A program made the translations under genes and the position numbers. From the NCBI GenBank assembly GCA_035543935.1, contig DATKIV010000013.1, forward strand, positions 24,412 through 88,411: a stretch of 64,000 nucleotides of DNA. The letters run 5' to 3'. This DNA is from Allosphingosinicella sp. GTDB lineage: Bacteria > Pseudomonadota > Alphaproteobacteria > Sphingomonadales > Sphingomonadaceae. The first letter of the stretch is position 1; each line of letters starts with the position of its first letter. Below are positions 54,608 through 64,000 of the stretch, piece by piece. The notes below the pieces were generated by a model. That model had not been told where the DNA came from, did no database searches, and worked only from the letters and a program-made list of their open reading frames with translations.

Positions 54608-56152
54608 ATGATCCTGCGCCTGCTCGCCTTGCTGGCCCTGTTCGCGGCCTCGCCCGCCGCCGCCCAGAACCGCGCCGAGATCGAGCGGACGATGCGGCGC
54701 GCGACGACCTACATGGTCGAGCGCGTCGCCGATCATGGCGGCTATGTCTGGACCTATCTGCCCGATCTTTCGCGCCGCTGGGGCGAGATGGAGGCCGAGC
54801 CCGGCATGATCTGGGTGCAGGCGCCGGGCACGGCGACGATGGGGCACATCTTCCTCGACGCCTTCAATGCCACCGGCGATGCTTATTATTACGACGCGGC
54901 GGCGCGGGCGGCCGACGCGCTGATCGCCGGCCAGCACCGCAGCGGCGGCTGGAACTACTTCATCCACCAAGGCGGGCCGCAAGCGGCGCGGCGTTGGTAC
55001 GAGACGGTGGGCCGCAACGGCTGGCGGCTCGAGGAATTCCAGCATTACAGCGACAATGCCACGTTCGACGATGCCGGCACCGCCGAGACGATGCAGCTGC
55101 TGCTCCGCCTCTACATGGTCCGCCACGAAGCGCGCTTCCGCCCGCCGCTCGACCGCGCGATCCGCTTCGTGCTGGCGAGCCAGTACCGCAACGGCGGCTG
55201 GCCGCAGCGCTTCCCCTACGATCCGCATTATCCCGCCTATCAGCGCTACGTCACCTTCAACGACGACGTCGCCAAGGAGAATATCCGCTTCCTGATCATG
55301 GCCGGCCGCGCGCTCGACCGGCCCGAGCTGCTCGCTGCGGCGCGGCGGGGCATGCAGGCCTTCCTGATCACGCAGCAGCCGGCGCCCCAGGCGGGCTGGG
55401 GGTTGCAATACGACCTTCGCCTGCGCGTCGCCGGCGCCCGCACCTACGAGCCGCGCGCTTTGGTCACCCACACCAGCGCGACCAATGTCGAGCAGCTGAT
55501 GGACTATTACCGCCTCACCGGCGACCGCCGCTTCCTCGCGCGCATCCCCGAGGCGCTCGCCTGGCTCCAATCGGTGCGCCTCCCCGACAATATCGGCCCC
55601 CGTGACCGCCGCTTCCCCACCTTCGTCGAGCTCGGCACCAACCGCCCGCTCTACGTCCACCGGCGCGGCTCGAACGTCGTCAACGGCCGCTATTACGTGG
55701 ACCACGACCCGGCCCGCCCGATCGCCCATTATTCCCAATTCCGCGCCATCGACCTCGATAAGCTGCGCCGCGACCACGCGGCGCTCGCCGCCATGCCGGC
55801 GGAGGAGGCCGTGCGCGGGTCCGCGCTGCTGGGCCCGCAGCCCTTCCCGCGCTTTTTCATCGGCAGCCTGGCGGCGGGCTCGGATTTCAGCTCTGCGGCG
55901 CGGCTCGACCCGGCCCGCATCGTCCGCGCGCTGAACGAGGCAGGCTATTGGCCCGCCCCCCTGACCATGACCAGCCACCGCTACGCGGGCCCAGGCAACC
56001 GCCGCGTCGCCCCCGGCGACTACGGCATCACCCAGGTCGGCGACGCCACCGACACCTCCCCTTATCCCGACCCCGCGCCGGCCACCGGCATCTCGACCGC
56101 CACCTATATCGCCAACATGGCCCGGCTGATCCGGGCGCTGGAGGCCCGCTAA
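54608..56152 (+). CDS. Pectate lyase PelA-like (PL10)
   Basis: MILRLLALLALFAASPAAA signal; ATFDDAGT, NGGWPQRFP, TFNDDV, GWGLQY, ARTYEP; start trimmed to ATG 54608. Confidence 0.85.
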   Translation: MILRLLALLALFAASPAAAQNRAEIERTMRRATTYMVERVADHGGYVWTYLPDLSRRWGEMEAEPGMIWVQAPGTATMGHIFLDAFNATGDAYYYDAAARAADALIAGQHRSGGWNYFIHQGGPQAARRWYETVGRNGWRLEEFQHYSDNATFDDAGTAETMQLLLRLYMVRHEARFRPPLDRAIRFVLASQYRNGGWPQRFPYDPHYPAYQRYVTFNDDVAKENIRFLIMAGRALDRPELLAAARRGMQAFLITQQPAPQAGWGLQYDLRLRVAGARTYEPRALVTHTSATNVEQLMDYYRLTGDRRFLARIPEALAWLQSVRLPDNIGPRDRRFPTFVELGTNRPLYVHRRGSNVVNGRYYVDHDPARPIAHYSQFRAIDLDKLRRDHAALAAMPAEEAVRGSALLGPQPFPRFFIGSLAAGSDFSSAARLDPARIVRALNEAGYWPAPLTMTSHRYAGPGNRRVAPGDYGITQVGDATDTSPYPDPAPATGISTATYIANMARLIRALEAR

Positions 56153-56159
56153 GCTCGGT

Positions 56160-56241
56160 CGTCATGCCGGACTTGATCCGGCATCCATCTTCTTTCTCTC
56201 CGCCGGAAGAAGGTGGACCCCGGATCAAGTCCGGGGTGACG
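56160..56241. repeat. CGTC-tagged palindromic doublet (family B)
   Basis: Arms match the 39847 copy; both preceded by CTCGGT. Confidence 0.88.
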
Positions 56242-56355
56242 AAGAGTGGGATTGCGAAGCCATCACGAAACCCCTTGCGCGCGCCTCATATGTGCGACAC
56301 TTTCGCTGCAGCGCAACAAAGGCACGGCGACGGAGATTCGTGATTCAGTCGGAGG

Positions 56356-60803
<4,448 letters not shown>

Positions 60804-60807
<4 letters not shown>

Positions 60808-62159
60808 CCAATCCGGCGGGCTTCCTGGAGATCGAGCGGCGAGACCGTCCTTACCGGCCGGTGACCGAGCGGGTGAAGGACTGGATAGAGATCGCCGTGC
60901 CGCTCGCGCCCGATGCGGTCGCGCGCCAGGCCGAGCGCTGCATGGATTGCGGCGTGCCCTTCTGCCACACCGGCTGCCCGGTCGACAATCTGATCCCCGA
61001 CTGGAACGACCTCGTCTCGCAAGGCCAGTGGCGCGCCGCGCTGGAGCGGCTGCACGCGACCAACAATTTCCCCGAATTCACCGGCCGAATCTGCCCGGCG
61101 CCCTGCGAGGCGGCCTGCACGCTCGCGCTCGACGACGCGGCCGTGACGATCAAGACGATCGAATGCGAGATCGTCGACCGCGGCTGGCGCGAGGGCTGGA
61201 TCGTGCCGCAAATGGCGCCGCGCGGCACCGGCAAGAGGATCGCGATCGTCGGCTCGGGCCCGGCAGGGCTCGCCTGCGCCCAGCAGCTCGCCCGGTTGGG
61301 CCACGCGCCGTCCGTGTTCGAGAAGGCCGACCGGATCGGCGGGCTGCTGCGCTACGGCATTCCCGACTTCAAGATGGACCGGATGCTGATCGACCGGCGG
61401 ATCCACCAGATGGAGCGTGAGGGCGTCATCTTCCGGACCGAGATGGAGATCGGAGTCAACGTGACGGTCGAGCGGCTGATGGACGATTATCACGTCCTCG
61501 TCCTCGCCGCCGGGGCCGAGCAGCCGCGCGATCTCGATGTGCCGGGCCGCGCGCTCGGCGGCATCCATTTCGCGATGGATTACCTGACCCAGGCCAACCG
61601 GCGTGTGGCGGGGCTGGCCGAGCAGGGGGAGCCAATCCTGGCGACCGGCAAGCGCGTGGTGGTGATCGGCGGCGGCGACACCGGCTCCGATTGCATCGGC
61701 ACCGCCCATCGCCAGGGTGCGGCGTCGGTTGCCCAGCTCGAGATCATGCCCGAGCCGCCGCTGCATGAAGACAAGGGCCTGAGCTGGCCGCACTGGCCGA
61801 TGAAGCTGCGTACGTCCTCCTCGCAGGAGGAGGGGGCGGACCGCGCTTTCTCGATCGTCACCTCGCATTTCGATGGCGCGGACGGGCGGGTGGCGCGGCT
61901 GGCCGGCAGCCAGGGCGACGCCCCCTTCGCGCTCGACGCCGATCTGGTGCTGCTCGCCATGGGCTTCACCGGCTCGCCGCCCGACGGCATTCTCGCTTAT
62001 GCCGGGGTCGAGACCGCCCCGCGCGGCTACGAGACCTCGCGCCCGGGCATCTTCGCCTGCGGCGACATGCGCCGCGGCCAATCGCTCGTCGTCTGGGCGA
62101 TCCGCGAGGGCCGCGAATGCGCGACGGCGGTGAATGGGTGGCTGGCGGCGCAGGGCTGA
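60804..62159 (+). CDS. gltD: Glutamate synthase small subunit
   Basis: [55 protein letters not shown]; ATGA overlap with gltB. Confidence 0.97.
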
Positions 62160-62161
62160 GC

Positions 62162-62251
62162 CGTCACGCATTCCAGCGAAAGCTGGAATCCCACTTCCCC
62201 TTTTGAAGCGGCCGAAAAGGCAAAGAGATTCCAGCTTTCGCTGGAATGACG
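62162..62251. repeat. CGTC-tagged palindromic doublet (family A)
   Basis: CATTCCAGCGAAAGCTGGAATC ... GATTCCAGCTTTCGCTGGAATGACG between convergent genes; left tag has a small insertion. Confidence 0.88.
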
Positions 62252-62259
62252 TTCATCTC

Positions 62260-63984
62260 CTAGTTCGGGCAGGAGTTTTCCGGCCCCGCGATCAGATCGA
62301 GGCAGTGGCCGTCGATGCTGGCGGGGGCGATGGGGAGGCCGATCAGGGCGGCGAGAGTCGGCAGGATGTCCACCGTCTCCACCGACAAGGGTTGCTCGAA
62401 GGCAGCCATGCCGCGCCGCCAGAACAGGATCGGCACCCGCCGGTCATAATCCCAGGGGCTGCCATGGGTGGCGACATAGCCGCGGCTGGTATCGGCGATC
62501 GGGGTGACGCGCGGCTTCAACATGACGTAGAAATCGCCCGAACGCAGCGGATCGAACGAGGCGCGGGCGCGCTGGACCAGGGTCCAGCTGTCGGGCGGAC
62601 CCAAAGGGACCGGGGTCGCCGCGAGATCGGCCCGGGTAAAGACGGCGGCGACCTGGGCGTGGCCGCGATAGGCGCGCACCGCCTCGGCGAGGACGCGGGC
62701 GCGGACCCGGGCGGGCAGGGCCCGGTCGATCCAGATGTCGCCGAAAGGGCCGTCGCCGAGCAGGACCGGGCCGCTCAGGCCGAGCCGGCGCCCCAGCGCC
62801 TCGCCCATCCGCGTCGCGCCGAGCGCCGGATCGACGCGCACGCCGCCGCCGGCCTGCTCGCGCGACCGCTCGGGCAGATCGAGGCCGCCATGATCGGCGG
62901 TGAGCATCACCACATAGTCGATCCGCTCGCGGTCCAGTTCCTGGAAGAAATCGCCGAGCGCCCGGTCGAGCGCGAGCAGCTGGATGCACATCTCGCTGCC
63001 CTGGGTGCCGTAGCTGTGGCCGACATAATCGGTGGCGGAGACGCCGATGGCGAGGAGGTCGGTCGCATCGCCCTCGCCGAGCCGCATCTCGTCGCGCATC
63101 ACCTCGGCAAGGGCGAGGATGTGGCCGTCGAATTCGGGCGAGGCGCGAAAGGCGGTGCGATCGCCGGCGTCGCGGGCGAAGCGGCCGGCTCCGACCGGAG
63201 ACGCGCGCCCGCCGCCGACGGGAATGGCGCGGGAGCGCGCCTCGCAGATTTCGGGGAGCGCCATCGGATCGCGGGCGCGGGCGAGCGCCTCGACGATGCG
63301 GGCATTGGCCGCGGTCACCGGACGCGGCTCGGCGATGCCGGCATGGCTGACGAAGGCGCGGCCGCCCCACCACCAGCGCTGATTCGGATTGTGGCCGCCC
63401 ATCATCACCGCCGCGCGGTCCTTGCCGGCGACCGCGACGACGCGGCTGCGCGGATCGGCGCGGCGCATCAGATCGCCCAAGGTCGGCACGCGCAGGTGAA
63501 CGGGCGAGACCGTGTAATTTTCGGACGTGCTGCCGGGGACGCGCTCGTCCTCGGAGCAATAGATATATTTGTCGGCGCGGGCGACGCTCTGGTCGAACCA
63601 ATTGTTGGCGATGATTCCGGTCCGCCCCGGATGGGAGCCGGTGAGGATGGTCGAATGGCCGGGGCAGGTTTCGGTCGCGGCATGCGCCTGGTAGCCGGAG
63701 GGGAAGACCATGCCCTGCTGCGACAGGCGCCTCAGGCCGCCGGTGAAATATTGCCGGTATTCGGCGAACAGGTCGGCGGAGAATTGATCGACCGAGATGG
63801 CGACGATCAGGCGCGGCGCCGGCAGCGGCTGCGCGACGGCGGGCGCGGCAATAAGCGCAAGCAGGCAGGCAGATATTCCAAAACCCGTTCGGGCTGAGCC
63901 TGTCGAAGCCCTGATTTTTCCCTCGCGCCGAAGAGAAGGAAAGGGCTTCGACAAGCTCAGCCCGAACGGATTAGGACAGGACAT
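62260..63984 (-). CDS. Alkaline phosphatase family protein (PafA/PhoK-like, Thr nucleophile)
   Basis: ISVDQFS, TETCPGHSTI, KDRAAVMMGG, SATDYVGHSYG, LTADHG, THGSPWDYD; start uncertain (63984/63990/63993). Confidence 0.92.
   Translation of the reverse strand: MSCPNPFGLSLSKPFPSLRREGKIRASTGSARTGFGISACLLALIAAPAVAQPLPAPRLIVAISVDQFSADLFAEYRQYFTGGLRRLSQQGMVFPSGYQAHAATETCPGHSTILTGSHPGRTGIIANNWFDQSVARADKYIYCSEDERVPGSTSENYTVSPVHLRVPTLGDLMRRADPRSRVVAVAGKDRAAVMMGGHNPNQRWWWGGRAFVSHAGIAEPRPVTAANARIVEALARARDPMALPEICEARSRAIPVGGGRASPVGAGRFARDAGDRTAFRASPEFDGHILALAEVMRDEMRLGEGDATDLLAIGVSATDYVGHSYGTQGSEMCIQLLALDRALGDFFQELDRERIDYVVMLTADHGGLDLPERSREQAGGGVRVDPALGATRMGEALGRRLGLSGPVLLGDGPFGDIWIDRALPARVRARVLAEAVRAYRGHAQVAAVFTRADLAATPVPLGPPDSWTLVQRARASFDPLRSGDFYVMLKPRVTPIADTSRGYVATHGSPWDYDRRVPILFWRRGMAAFEQPLSVETVDILPTLAALIGLPIAPASIDGHCLDLIAGPENSCPN
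63885..63969. repeat. Palindromic doublet (family C) inside the phosphatase 5' end
   Basis: CCGTTCGGGCTGAGCCTGTCGAAGCCC ... GGGCTTCGACAAGCTCAGCCCGAACGG. Confidence 0.88.
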
Positions 63985-64000
63985 CCACATCACTCGCGAT

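Overview
High-GC alphaproteobacterial chromosomal segment, most consistent with Sphingomonadaceae (inferred from gene content and repeat families). No rRNA, tRNA, CRISPR array, integrase or transposase was recognised. From left to right: (1) the 5' end of a PEP-CTERM/XrtA-type sugar transferase; (2) three tandem RTX (type I-secreted) proteins sharing a colinear 996-nt C-terminal cassette; (3) paaK and an arylamine N-acetyltransferase; (4) a five-gene DUF11/Ig-like operon with a 1697-aa outer-membrane barrel protein; (5) PilZ, TIR-TM-TPR, TPR-SLOG-like-degenerate-cyclase and Crp-family genes; (6) a probable general-stress islet including a heme-oxygenase-like diiron enzyme and a methyltransferase; (7) glcB, a phoB remnant, an orphan GspC-like gene, CYTH-CHAD, lldD and a MazEF-like TA pair; (8) a ~18 kb pectin/hexuronate utilisation locus with six copies of a LacI-type operator; (9) gltB-gltD and an alkaline phosphatase-family gene. 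The best candidate for an undescribed system is the DUF11 operon. Its subunits carry C-terminally truncated isopeptide-type domains (Lys and Asp present, the Asn-bearing hairpin missing), and that missing hairpin sits at the mature N-terminus of the two large subunits and of the barrel protein. This predicts a donor-strand, covalently cross-linked pilus in a Gram-negative bacterium. Palindromic repeats are dense; two lie in frame within gene 5' ends. All family assignments come from motif recognition by eye, not database searches.
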